From the NCBI GenBank assembly GCA_051006515.1, contig JBPCTD010000082.1:502-64501 (forward strand): a DNA stretch of 64,000 nucleotides. Direction: 5' to 3'. How positions within the stretch are numbered: position 1 is the stretch's first letter; every line of letters starts with the position of its first letter. This document shows positions 37,020 to 46,296 of this stretch, one piece after another. Made by a program: the position numbers and the translations under genes. Origin of the DNA: Candidatus Nanopelagicaceae bacterium (GTDB lineage Bacteria; Actinomycetota; Actinomycetes; Nanopelagicales; Nanopelagicaceae). The notes below the pieces were generated by a model that ran no database searches, was not told the DNA's origin, and saw only the letters and a program-made list of their open reading frames with translations.

Positions 37020-37832
37020 TTATTCGGGATCTGATTCATTATTTGGCAAGTTGCTTGATTTAGTGCCAAACATAATTTCATCCCAAGAAGGAACTGAAGC
37101 GCGTTTTTTAACGCCATCTTCTTGATCTTCATTTTCGCGAATAACAGAAAGCCTTGGAGTTGGCGCAGAATTAATAGTGACTGTTGGACTTGGGTTTGTA
37201 TTTGAGTAAACCAAACCATGATTGATTTCTGGTTCAACGTTTCTAGCCACAGGTGAGTTTTCGCCCATCACCCATGATGCGCCTTCATCTTCGGCGACAA
37301 TTGTGCGCGTAGTCATGTCAAAGAACCAAACAGCTTCACCTTGGCCATCAAAACTTGGACTACTTGTCGGGTATTGCAATCTGATGACCCATTGACCATC
37401 ATCTCTGCGATGGGTATTCCAATTTAGAGAATCTGCAAGCACGCCATTTGCAGCAAGTTTCTTAGTTACTAATTCGATGAAAGTGCTGGAATCGCGATTG
37501 CTGGCGCCTTTTACAACAACGTTATTTGCCACGCTTAAAATGTAAGAACGTTCTTGGAGAATTGGACCGGCGAATCGTTCGACTTTGTCATTAGGCCAAT
37601 TAGCTTCACGTGCTATATCTTCGATTGCGCTGCCAGCGCGAAGTCTTGCTTGAATTTCTTTGACGCTCAAAGTAGGTTCTTGATTATCAGTAGGTACTGA
37701 TGCCAAACGTGGTTGATTGATTGTGGCCTTTAAATTATCTGAAATTCTTAATGTGAATTCACGATCTTCAGGATCGGTCAGAATCAGATGGGTGCCGTCT
37801 TCGCTTCTTCCAGTTACGCGTAGCTCCGTCAT
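37020..37832 (-). CDS. sepH: septation protein SepH (DUF3071)
   Basis: The N-terminus LRVTGRSEDGTHLILTDPEDREFTLRISDNL is typical of DUF3071. The ATG at 37832 overlaps the upstream TGA (ATGA). Confidence 0.75.
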   Translation of the reverse strand: MTELRVTGRSEDGTHLILTDPEDREFTLRISDNLKATINQPRLASVPTDNQEPTLSVKEIQARLRAGSAIEDIAREANWPNDKVERFAGPILQERSYILSVANNVVVKGASNRDSSTFIELVTKKLAANGVLADSLNWNTHRRDDGQWVIRLQYPTSSPSFDGQGEAVWFFDMTTRTIVAEDEGASWVMGENSPVARNVEPEINHGLVYSNTNPSPTVTINSAPTPRLSVIRENEDQEDGVKKRASVPSWDEIMFGTKSSNLPNNESDPE

Positions 37833-39022
37833 GAGCGGGAGCGTAGCCGAATCCAAACCTTAAGGTAAGGAAGCAGCGCCAAATTAGCGATAAATAGTGA
37901 GATAACAGGGATCAAAAATCCTGGTTTAGTTCCGAAATTGTCTATAACTTGCCCGGCAATCGCACTTCCGATTGCGCCGCCTGTTGGTGTGCCAGTTATT
38001 ACCCAGGTCATAGCTTCGGTTAATTCGTCACTAGAAACTTCTTCTTCCATTACCGAGTATGCAGTAACTAAGAGCGGAGAGATACCCAAACCATTTAAGA
38101 AGAGCACAAATGCAAGTTCCAGTGCAGTATTGGCAAAAACAAATCCAAGTGAGGTGAATGACATAAATAATAGGAAGTAGATAAATCTTTGGGCATTATT
38201 TAAGCGCCATTTAATTACGCCGTTAAATAGCGCTGCAACTGCACTACCAATTGCCCAAACAGCAAGTATTGGTCCTGTAAGTCCCGGTTTATTAATTGAG
38301 TTCATAAATGCAACAACACAAATACCGATTGCGCCAAAATATCCGCCGACAAAGAAAATTGGCAAAATGATTGCCTGAGCGCTCTTTCTTCGGATAATTG
38401 AAATTTGGTTTCGTTGAAAGTTGCTATTTGTAGGTGGTTCGGTAGCCTTTTGACGAGCGAGTGCTGGCTGACCTATGACTACAAATATCATTGAAGCAAT
38501 TAAGCCAGCCTCTGGCGCAACTGCAGTTGATAAGAATGTGGCAATTAATGGACCAAAGACAAAGATAATTTCATCTACAAGCGCTTCAAAAGAATATGCG
38601 GTGGTCTTCAGATTGTGATCTGGTAATACAAAGATCCATCTGCGTCGTACCAAGCCACCTGCGCTGATCGTGTTTAACTCAGCAAAAATGATTGATACGA
38701 ACCAAGTCCATACTGGAAATTGAAAATGAACCAGCAGAATAAATATAAAAAAACCAAAAAATCTTAAAACAGTATTTATATAAAGCACACGCCCTTGTCC
38801 AAATTTATCTGCAGCGCGAGACCAATATGGCTGAGAAACAGTGATTACAACTGAGGCAGTAGCCACCATCAAGCCCGCTAACGCATAAGAACCAGTTTCG
38901 TGAACCACAATAAGAAGTAGCGCCAACCTATCCATTGATAGATGCATGCGCGCAATAAATCCAGCAACAGAGAAGCTAACTGCGCCTTTGATTGCGAAGA
39001 TGCTTCGATAATTACCGAACAT
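37829..39022 (-). CDS. MFS transporter
   Basis: About 12 predicted hydrophobic segments and MFS-like loops. The substrate is unknown. Confidence 0.7.
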   Translation of the reverse strand: MFGNYRSIFAIKGAVSFSVAGFIARMHLSMDRLALLLIVVHETGSYALAGLMVATASVVITVSQPYWSRAADKFGQGRVLYINTVLRFFGFFIFILLVHFQFPVWTWFVSIIFAELNTISAGGLVRRRWIFVLPDHNLKTTAYSFEALVDEIIFVFGPLIATFLSTAVAPEAGLIASMIFVVIGQPALARQKATEPPTNSNFQRNQISIIRRKSAQAIILPIFFVGGYFGAIGICVVAFMNSINKPGLTGPILAVWAIGSAVAALFNGVIKWRLNNAQRFIYFLLFMSFTSLGFVFANTALELAFVLFLNGLGISPLLVTAYSVMEEEVSSDELTEAMTWVITGTPTGGAIGSAIAGQVIDNFGTKPGFLIPVISLFIANLALLPYLKVWIRLRSRS

Positions 39023-39088
39023 GGCAAGAGCCTAATGGAAGCCATTGTTAATTGGAGTAGATTATTTAGCAAGTTGAACAGTGCAATT

Positions 39089-39847
39089 ATGAAGTATCCT
39101 TACGTAATGAAGGAATTGCTAGAGCTTGCGGTAGATATTGCTAAAGCCGCAGGTGAATTCTTATTAGCAAGACCTAGCAACTTGGATATAGACACCAAAA
39201 CTTCGGCGATTGACATTGTCACCCAGATGGATCGAGAATCAGAGAAATTAATTGTTAACGCTATTTTGAAAGCTCGACCAGATGACGGAATCATCGGCGA
39301 AGAGGGCAGCGACAGGCCTTCTAAATCTGGCTATACCTGGGTAATAGATCCAATCGACGGCACAGTGAATTATTTGTACAACATGGCAGGTTGGTCTGTA
39401 AGTATTGCGGTTAAAGATCAGAACGGTGGATGTGTCGGAGTGGTTTATGCGCCAACAATCAACGCGCTCTTTACTGGCATCAGAGGTGGCGGTGCTTTTC
39501 TAAATGGCGAATCACTAAAGTGCAATGACCCAATTGCCCTTAATCGTGCGCTGATTGCGACTGGCTTTGCTTATCGAAATGAGCAGCGGGAAGTACAAGT
39601 TACTCAATTCAATAAGTTGATTTTGCAGATTAGGGATTATCGTCGCAACGGTTCTGCTGCAGTTGATATCTGTCATGTCGCAGCAGGAATAGTTGATGGA
39701 TATTATGAAATTGGATTGCATGAATGGGATCTGGCGGCAGCAGAATTGATTGCTAAGGAGGCTGGGGCGAAGGTCACAACTCATGGCGATTTGGTGATTG
39801 CCGCTGGGCCTGAATTACATGGGAAATTGGCGGAAGTACTGCTCTGA
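39089..39847 (+). CDS. inositol monophosphatase family protein (SuhB/ImpA-like)
   Basis: EEG..., WVIDPIDGTVNY and WDLAAA motifs. The ATG at 39089 is preferred because the longer ORF overlaps the divergent MFS gene. Confidence 0.85.
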   Translation: MKYPYVMKELLELAVDIAKAAGEFLLARPSNLDIDTKTSAIDIVTQMDRESEKLIVNAILKARPDDGIIGEEGSDRPSKSGYTWVIDPIDGTVNYLYNMAGWSVSIAVKDQNGGCVGVVYAPTINALFTGIRGGGAFLNGESLKCNDPIALNRALIATGFAYRNEQREVQVTQFNKLILQIRDYRRNGSAAVDICHVAAGIVDGYYEIGLHEWDLAAAELIAKEAGAKVTTHGDLVIAAGPELHGKLAEVLL

Positions 39848-39935
39848 TTTGAGCGTAATAGGCTGATATGGCAGGATTACCCCTCGGCTCTTCGCAGGTT
39901 TTCGAGCAGCCAGGTAAATGAATTTAGGAGTAACC

Positions 39936-40487
39936 ATGAACGTGCTAGATGCGCTAGATGCTGCAAGCCTTCGCAAAGATATCCCACAGTTTCGCGCTGG
40001 CGATGAATTAAAGATTCACGTGCGCGTTATCGAAGGTAACAAGAGCCGTCTTCAGGTATTCCAGGGAATCGTAATCCGTCGTCAAGGAGATGGCGTCCGC
40101 GAAACTTTCACCATCCGCAAGATTTCTTACGGCGTTGGTGTCGAGCGTACCTTCCCGGTGCACACTCCAGTTATTGAAAAGATTGAATTAGTCAAGAAGG
40201 GCGATGTACGTCGCGCCAAGCTTTACTACCTACGCGATCTTCGCGGTAAGGCTTCAAAGATCAAAGAAAAGCGCGATGGTATTGAAGGATATGGCGATGG
40301 CATTACCTCAACTCCAATCCTTGAGCCAGAAGTCACTGAAGCTCCGGCAGCAGAAGTTGAAGCACCAATTGTTGAGCAGGTTGCAGAAGTTGAAGCACCA
40401 GCCGTAGAAGAGGCAACTCCGGAAGTAACTCCAGAAGTAACTCCAGAAGCAACCTCAGAAGCAACGAGCGCAGAAGAAGCTAAGTAA
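39936..40487 (+). CDS. rplS: 50S ribosomal protein L19 with a roughly 70-aa acidic Pro/Thr/Glu/Ala-rich C-terminal extension
   Basis: L19 core [33 protein letters not shown]...[20 protein letters not shown] precedes the ATG at 39936. The extension contains repeats (AEVEAP x2, [12 protein letters not shown]). Confidence 0.9.
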   Translation: MNVLDALDAASLRKDIPQFRAGDELKIHVRVIEGNKSRLQVFQGIVIRRQGDGVRETFTIRKISYGVGVERTFPVHTPVIEKIELVKKGDVRRAKLYYLRDLRGKASKIKEKRDGIEGYGDGITSTPILEPEVTEAPAAEVEAPIVEQVAEVEAPAVEEATPEVTPEVTPEATSEATSAEEAK

Positions 40488-41141
40488 TTGTTTCGCAAAG
40501 GGTCCTTCCTTCGCGAAATCCCAGCACTACTTGCTGTTGCGGTAATAGTTTCTTTAGTAATAAAAACTTTTCTTGTTCAGTTTTTCTATATTCCTTCGGG
40601 ATCCATGGAGAACACACTTCAAGTAAATGATCGAGTTGCTGTAAACAAGGTTCCCTTTTTAAGTCGCGAAATCAAACGTGGAGATGTCGTGGTTTTTAGA
40701 GATCCTGCAAATTGGTTACCAAATTACGGCCAAGCAGCTGAACCATTTATTATTGCAAAAGCTAAAGAAGCGCTAGTTGCGGTAGGAATTTTGCCAAACC
40801 CTGCTAAACAATATTTAGTAAAAAGAGTTATTGGCGTAAGTGGCGATAATGTTCAATGTTGCGCAAAAAGCGGCAAGCTAATCGTTAATGGCCAAGAAAT
40901 CAATGAGCCTTACATTTTTGCTGGCAACGTGCCAAGTGAAATGAAATTTAATGTAACTGTTCCAGAAGGAAAAATCTGGGTTATGGGAGATCACCGAGGC
41001 GCATCCGCTGATTCGCGTTATCACCAGGATGATATAAATAAGGGATTTGTGCCAGAATCAAATGTAGTCGGCCGAGTTGTTTCTGTAATTTGGCCATTTA
41101 AAAACGCGAAGTTATTGGATCGCGTTAATGTCCTTCGTTGA
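40488..41141 (+). CDS. lepB: signal peptidase I
   Basis: TM helix then SGSMENTL (catalytic Ser), a KRVIG Lys region and GDHRGASADSR. The TTG start abuts the rplS stop. Confidence 0.88.
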   Translation: MFRKGSFLREIPALLAVAVIVSLVIKTFLVQFFYIPSGSMENTLQVNDRVAVNKVPFLSREIKRGDVVVFRDPANWLPNYGQAAEPFIIAKAKEALVAVGILPNPAKQYLVKRVIGVSGDNVQCCAKSGKLIVNGQEINEPYIFAGNVPSEMKFNVTVPEGKIWVMGDHRGASADSRYHQDDINKGFVPESNVVGRVVSVIWPFKNAKLLDRVNVLR

Positions 41142-41733
41142 ACTTTCATTAATTAAGGCTGGGCTATCGCCGATAGCCGGAGTTGACGAAGCTGGTCGTG
41201 GTGCATGTGCCGGTCCGTTGGTAATCGCTAGCGTGATATTAAAAGATATTGAAGCAAAGTCACTTACTAATTTACGTGACTCTAAAGAGCTAAGTGAAAA
41301 TCAACGCGAAGTGCTCTTTCCAATAATTCACGAAGAAGCCGAAGCGGTTTCGGTAATAATCGTGCCGCCTAATGAAATCGATAATCGCGGTGTGCATGCC
41401 GCCAATTTAGATGGAATGCGTAGAGCGGTTGAGAGCCTTTCAGTAAATCCAAATTATGTACTTACAGATGGTTATGCAATTGCGGGAATTTCGGCTCCCA
41501 GTTTGGCAATTTGGAAAGGCGATCAAGTTGCGCCAAGTATTAGTGCGGCATCGGTAATTGCCAAAGTAACCAGAGATCGCATAATGGTAGAGCTTGATAA
41601 AGACTTTCCAGGCTACGGTTTAGCAAAACACAAAGGCTATATAACAGCCAGCCATACTAAAGCGTTAGAAACCTTAGGTGTAACTGAAATCCACAGACGC
41701 TCATATGCAAACATTGCAAAACTTTTAGATTAA
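41128..41733 (+). CDS. rnhB: ribonuclease HII
   Basis: AGVDEAGRGACAGPLV and DSKELS motifs. Confidence 0.9.
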   Translation: MSFVELSLIKAGLSPIAGVDEAGRGACAGPLVIASVILKDIEAKSLTNLRDSKELSENQREVLFPIIHEEAEAVSVIIVPPNEIDNRGVHAANLDGMRRAVESLSVNPNYVLTDGYAIAGISAPSLAIWKGDQVAPSISAASVIAKVTRDRIMVELDKDFPGYGLAKHKGYITASHTKALETLGVTEIHRRSYANIAKLLD

Positions 41734-41799
41734 AAAGCCTAAGCGCTTAGCTTGTGGATTACCAAATCTTAAATTTCACGGCAAACCTAGGGTTTGCAC

Positions 41800-42165
41800 A
41801 TGATAAAAAATAATAAGCAGGTTATTGGCGCAATAGGCGAGAACGCAATAGCTGAATATCTAATTTCACATGGCTTTAAAATTCTTGATCGAAATTGGCG
41901 CACCAAAGGTGGGGAACTTGATTTAATCGCAAAAAGTCCTGCGGGCAAAGTCCATTTTATAGAGGTGAAGACTCGTAACTCACATGCTTTTGGCCATCCC
42001 CTTGAAGCGATAGATCGCGAGAAAGCTCATCGATTACAGAAACTTGCTTTGGCATGGCTGGTGATGCATAACCATTTTGGAGCTGATTATCAGATTGATG
42101 TTGCTGGAGTAACGCTAAACAGATCTCTACAACCAAATATTGATTATCGAGCAGGCGTTTTATGA
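41800..42165 (+). CDS. yraN: YraN-family (UPF0102) endonuclease-like protein
   Basis: GE..A..YL...G..IL.RNWR...GELDLIA fits the family pattern. Confidence 0.8.
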   Translation: MIKNNKQVIGAIGENAIAEYLISHGFKILDRNWRTKGGELDLIAKSPAGKVHFIEVKTRNSHAFGHPLEAIDREKAHRLQKLALAWLVMHNHFGADYQIDVAGVTLNRSLQPNIDYRAGVL

Positions 42166-43670
42166 CTTTAGCAAGCACTAAAGCAATTGCGCTCTCCGGG
42201 ATCAAAGGTGAAATGGTTACAGTCGAAGTAGATATTTCTGATGGTTTACCTGGATATTCGCTTCTAGGTCTTCCTGATACATCGCTGAACGAGTCCCGTG
42301 ATCGAGTGCGCGCAGCAATATTAAATAGTGGATATGTCTGGCCTAATCGTAAAGTTACCATTTCATTATTACCTGCCTGGCTACCAAAATCCGGAAGTAG
42401 TTTTGATCTACCGATTGCCATGGGAATTTTGGCTGCATCAGAAACTCTGCCTGATATTTCAGAGATAGTTTTCATAGGAGAACTTTCGCTTGAAGGAAAT
42501 CTAAGAGACACCAAAGGTGTATTGCCATCTTTGATTGCGGCCTACCAAAACGGCGTTCGCCAAGCTGTAATACCAAGAGCCAATTTGGCAGAAGCGCAAT
42601 TACTGCCAGATTTAGAAATTTTCTCATTTGAAAAGTTATCGCAAATCATGCATTGGCTGAAAACTGGCGAATTTCTGGTGCAATGTGAAATTGAACTTTC
42701 TGAAGATATTTATAAAACTGAATCAAATTTAGATTTTGCAGATGTGGCAGGGCAAAGCGCTGCCAGGCGAGCCGCTGAAATTGCGGCAGCTGGCGGACAT
42801 AACTTTTTAATGATTGGCCCACCGGGTGTTGGTAAAACCATGATTGCTGAACGTCTGCCATCCATTTTGCCACCACTTTCCAGATCAGAAACTTTAGAGG
42901 TTACTGCGATTCATTCAATAACAAATAGCGATCGACCTCCACTTTCAACTTATGCGCCATTTATCGCACCACACCACAGCACAACAAGAATTGCGATGGT
43001 CGGTGGCGGAGCTCATGTAATAAAACCTGGTGTTTGCAGTTTGGCACACCGTGGAGTTCTATTTATTGATGAGGCACCAGAATGCAGTAACGGAGTCTTG
43101 GATGCGCTTCGCCAACCTTTGGAATCTGGACAGATAACCATCTCAAGAGCGACGGGAAATTTAACTTTTCCCGCTAGATTTATTTTGGTTTTAGCCGCTA
43201 ATCCATGTCCTTGCGGAAAGTTTAGCGGTCGGGGTAGAGCCTGCACCTGTAATCCTTCACAGATTAGAAGGTACTTAAATAAGTTATCTGGTCCGCTTCT
43301 TGATCGCATAGATCTTAGGGTTACTGTAGAAAATGTAAGCCGTCTCGAACTTGCCTCAGCTGATAATGAAAGTAGTGCAAACATTAGATCTCGAGTGATT
43401 GCAGCTCGCGAACGTGCCTCAAAGAGGTTTGCTTTCGAAAGCTGGACGCTTAATTCTGAAATCCCACCACGTGCACTTAGAAGTACTTATCGACCTGAGA
43501 AAGCGGCGATGAATTTTCTGCATGATCAACTTGATCGCGAATTGATTACCGCTCGGGGTTTACACAAAATCATTCGCACCAGCTGGACGATTGCAGATTT
43601 GAAAGCTCTTTCTCAGCCCACTTTGGCGGAAGTTAAAGAAAGTTTCACTCTGCGGGAGGGGATCGAATGA
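42162..43670 (+). CDS. comM: YifB/ComM-family Mg-chelatase-like AAA+ ATPase
   Basis: Lon-like N-domain, Walker A GPPGVGKT, Walker B LFIDEAPE and a zinc-ribbon-like CPCG...C.C. Confidence 0.88.
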   Translation: MTLASTKAIALSGIKGEMVTVEVDISDGLPGYSLLGLPDTSLNESRDRVRAAILNSGYVWPNRKVTISLLPAWLPKSGSSFDLPIAMGILAASETLPDISEIVFIGELSLEGNLRDTKGVLPSLIAAYQNGVRQAVIPRANLAEAQLLPDLEIFSFEKLSQIMHWLKTGEFLVQCEIELSEDIYKTESNLDFADVAGQSAARRAAEIAAAGGHNFLMIGPPGVGKTMIAERLPSILPPLSRSETLEVTAIHSITNSDRPPLSTYAPFIAPHHSTTRIAMVGGGAHVIKPGVCSLAHRGVLFIDEAPECSNGVLDALRQPLESGQITISRATGNLTFPARFILVLAANPCPCGKFSGRGRACTCNPSQIRRYLNKLSGPLLDRIDLRVTVENVSRLELASADNESSANIRSRVIAARERASKRFAFESWTLNSEIPPRALRSTYRPEKAAMNFLHDQLDRELITARGLHKIIRTSWTIADLKALSQPTLAEVKESFTLREGIE

Positions 43671-44509
43671 TAGATAAGGAGTTAATTGCTAGAGCACAGC
43701 TATTTGCCAGTGTTGAAGCCGGAACTACTTTTTGGGCGAAAGAGGTTTTTGAAAAGGGTGCCATAAAAGTTGTCGAACTTTGCCAAGAGGGCCAATACAA
43801 AGGCGTGGTTAATTATGATTTCAAGCAATTTCTAAATACAAATGGTGAAGCAGTTATTGAAAAAATTACTGCGCTCGGACTGGAATTGGTAATTCCTAAC
43901 GAAAAATTTGAAGAACTACCTGCTCCACCAATTGCATTGATTTGCCGTGGAAATTCAAAGTTACTTGAACGTCGCTCCATTTCAATTGTTGGCACCCGCA
44001 ATCCATCTCCTTACGGAGTAAGAGTGGCATCTGAAATGGCGGCAAATTTCGTAGATCGCGAGTGGGTAGTAGTTAGCGGTGGCGCATACGGAATTGATAC
44101 CGCGGCACATAAAGGCGCTCTTATAGCCGAAGGCGAAACCATCGCAGTATTGGCATCTGGGCTAGACATTCTCTATCCCGCTGGTAATGCCAAATTATTT
44201 ACTGAGATTGCAGAGACTGGGTTATTAATCTCTGAATATATGCCAGGCATGAAAGCGCTACCTCATCGATTCTTAAATCGTAATCGATTAATTGCAGCGC
44301 TCTCGAAAGGCACCATGGTCGTTGAAGCGGCATTTAGATCTGGTTCATTACGTACCGCCCGCGATGCACATGAATTGAATCGAATTGTTATGGCTATTCC
44401 TGGTCCTATTACATCTCCGCTATCTGAAGGTGCTCATCGATTGATAGGTGAAGGTTCAGCCGCGATATGTTGTGGTGTAAATGATGCGGTGGAATTAATG
44501 GGAGAATAG
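43667..44509 (+). CDS. dprA: DNA-processing protein DprA (Smf)
   Basis: Rossmann-like DprA core IVGTRNPS.YG...SGGAYGIDTAAHKGAL...LNRNRLIAALS. Confidence 0.85.
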   Translation: MIDKELIARAQLFASVEAGTTFWAKEVFEKGAIKVVELCQEGQYKGVVNYDFKQFLNTNGEAVIEKITALGLELVIPNEKFEELPAPPIALICRGNSKLLERRSISIVGTRNPSPYGVRVASEMAANFVDREWVVVSGGAYGIDTAAHKGALIAEGETIAVLASGLDILYPAGNAKLFTEIAETGLLISEYMPGMKALPHRFLNRNRLIAALSKGTMVVEAAFRSGSLRTARDAHELNRIVMAIPGPITSPLSEGAHRLIGEGSAAICCGVNDAVELMGE

Positions 44510-44514
44510 CGTCA

Positions 44515-45405
44515 ATGAAATCCGGATTTGTAGCCATAGTTGGTAGGCCAAATACCGGTAAGTCGACCCTAATCAATGCTCTAGTTGGCCAAAAAATTGC
44601 GGCAACATCTCATCATCCAAATACCACCAGACATGCAATTCGCGGAATAGTAAATGGCGAAGATTTCCAAGCAGTTTTAGTAGATACACCAGGTTTACAT
44701 AAACCAAGAACTTTGCTTGGAAAGCGCTTGAATGAAGTAATCTCCGAAAACTTGAGCGATGTTGATTTGATTTTAGTGACGCTACCAGCAAATGAAGAGT
44801 TTGGTGCTGGCGATAAACACATTTTGGAGTTGGTTGCAGCAAGTAAAGCAAAGAAGTTAGCAGTGATTACGAAAATTGACACTGTAAGCAAAGAAAAGTT
44901 GCCCGAAAAATTGCTGCAGATACAAAGCTTGACCAATTGGGCAGAAATTATCCCGGTATCAGCAGTTAAAAATTTGCAGATTCAAGTAATAAAGAATCTT
45001 TTTGCAAACTATCTACCTGAAGGCCCGCTTTATTATCCAGAGAATCAAAGTACAGATCAGAGCAATGAACGCATGATTTGTGAAATGATCCGGGAGGCGG
45101 CAATTCAAGGAGTACGTGAAGAGTTACCGCATTCGATCACGGTGACAATTGATGAAATAGCAAAACGTGAAGGTAAAGATTTAATGGATGTGCATGCCAC
45201 GATTCACGTGGAAAGAGACTCTCAGCGGGGCATTCTCCTGGGACATAAAGGTCAACAGCTCAAAGAGATTGGAAGTATAGCTAGATTAGATATTGAAAAA
45301 CTCCTTGGCAGTAAATGTTTTTTAAGTTTACATATAAAGGTAAGTAAAGAATGGCAGAAAGATGCTAAAGCATTGGAGCGATTAGGTTTTCTTAATCAAG
45401 ATTAA
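44515..45405 (+). CDS. era: GTPase Era
   Basis: G1 GRPNTGKST, G3 DTPG, G4 TKID and a C-terminal KH domain. Confidence 0.9.
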   Translation: MKSGFVAIVGRPNTGKSTLINALVGQKIAATSHHPNTTRHAIRGIVNGEDFQAVLVDTPGLHKPRTLLGKRLNEVISENLSDVDLILVTLPANEEFGAGDKHILELVAASKAKKLAVITKIDTVSKEKLPEKLLQIQSLTNWAEIIPVSAVKNLQIQVIKNLFANYLPEGPLYYPENQSTDQSNERMICEMIREAAIQGVREELPHSITVTIDEIAKREGKDLMDVHATIHVERDSQRGILLGHKGQQLKEIGSIARLDIEKLLGSKCFLSLHIKVSKEWQKDAKALERLGFLNQD

Positions 45406-45416
45406 GAATTGTTAAA

Positions 45417-46283
45417 TTATTTTTCGACTGGCTTTCTTGAGGCAAAATAGGAACCAATTAGAACTAGCGGTAAACCAACGATAATGCCGATAGTAATTGG
45501 CTCATTAAGAATAATGACTCCAAGCACGACGGCAAATGCTGTGTTTAAATAGGTGACAAGCGAACCGCGTGCTTGGCCAATAGTGCGAACCAAATTGAAA
45601 TAAATCATGAATGCCAATCCTGTGCTTAATACTCCAAGCCCAATTAATGAAGAAGTCGCTTCAAGCGAGGGTGTGCTACTTGGCAAGCTAGTTAAAGCCC
45701 ATGGAGCAAAAATCATTGCCGTGATGGCCATTGCAATCGCGTTTATTGCTACGCCATCACCAGTTGGCATCTTATGAAGAATTAGCGCCATGGCGGTGGA
45801 GTAGAGAATTGCGGCTAAAACTGTTTGTAGAATTGAGAATAGATCAGAACTTCCGGTAATTGCTTCAATACCAACAATCAGAATTAAACCTACAAACCCG
45901 ATAACAATTCCTAATAGTCGCTTGGCGTGCCAAACAGTTTTATCTCCGGCCATCGAAGAATAGATAGTTGACCAGATAGGAACTGTTGCAACAAGTAATC
46001 CAGCAAGACCTGAGTTAATTTCTTTTTCAGCATGGGTAATCAGGTACCAAGGTCCACACATTTCGAGGAGCGCATAAGCAAAAATCCACTTAAATCCTTT
46101 AAGTGTGATGCCAATAACTTTTCTATGAAAAGCAATTGGAAAGAGAATTAATGCGCCAATTAATACTCGACCAAAAACCACTACTGACGGTTCAAATTCA
46201 CGAACGGCAACACGCATAAATAGGTATGGCACGCCCCAGAGAAAGCCAATTAAAATAAATTGGCCCAGAGCTTTACGAGTCAT
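45417..46283 (-). CDS. EamA/DMT-family transporter
   Basis: About ten hydrophobic segments with duplicated EamA-like halves. Confidence 0.7.
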   Translation of the reverse strand: MTRKALGQFILIGFLWGVPYLFMRVAVREFEPSVVVFGRVLIGALILFPIAFHRKVIGITLKGFKWIFAYALLEMCGPWYLITHAEKEINSGLAGLLVATVPIWSTIYSSMAGDKTVWHAKRLLGIVIGFVGLILIVGIEAITGSSDLFSILQTVLAAILYSTAMALILHKMPTGDGVAINAIAMAITAMIFAPWALTSLPSSTPSLEATSSLIGLGVLSTGLAFMIYFNLVRTIGQARGSLVTYLNTAFAVVLGVIILNEPITIGIIVGLPLVLIGSYFASRKPVEK

Positions 46284-46296
46284 AAGAAGTTGAAGT

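Noticed and set aside
38942-39088. Upstream extension of the inositol monophosphatase ORF (start at 38942)
   Set aside because: The extension overlaps the divergent MFS gene start. The IMPase-family homology begins at MKYPYVMKELLELAV, at the ATG at 39089.
39848-39935. Possible L19 leader regulatory RNA upstream of rplS
   Set aside because: The known L19 leader is a Firmicutes element, and I could not find a convincing conserved structure in these 88 nt.
41739-41750. 12-bp perfect palindrome CTAAGCGCTTAG after rnhB
   Set aside because: It has no loop and no T-run, so it is not a convincing terminator. It is a single copy, is short enough to arise by chance, and has no obvious regulatory partner.
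41957-42514. 185-aa minus-strand ORF spanning the yraN/comM junction
   Set aside because: It is antisense to two confidently identified genes, has no recognisable domain, and shows biased composition typical of shadow ORFs.
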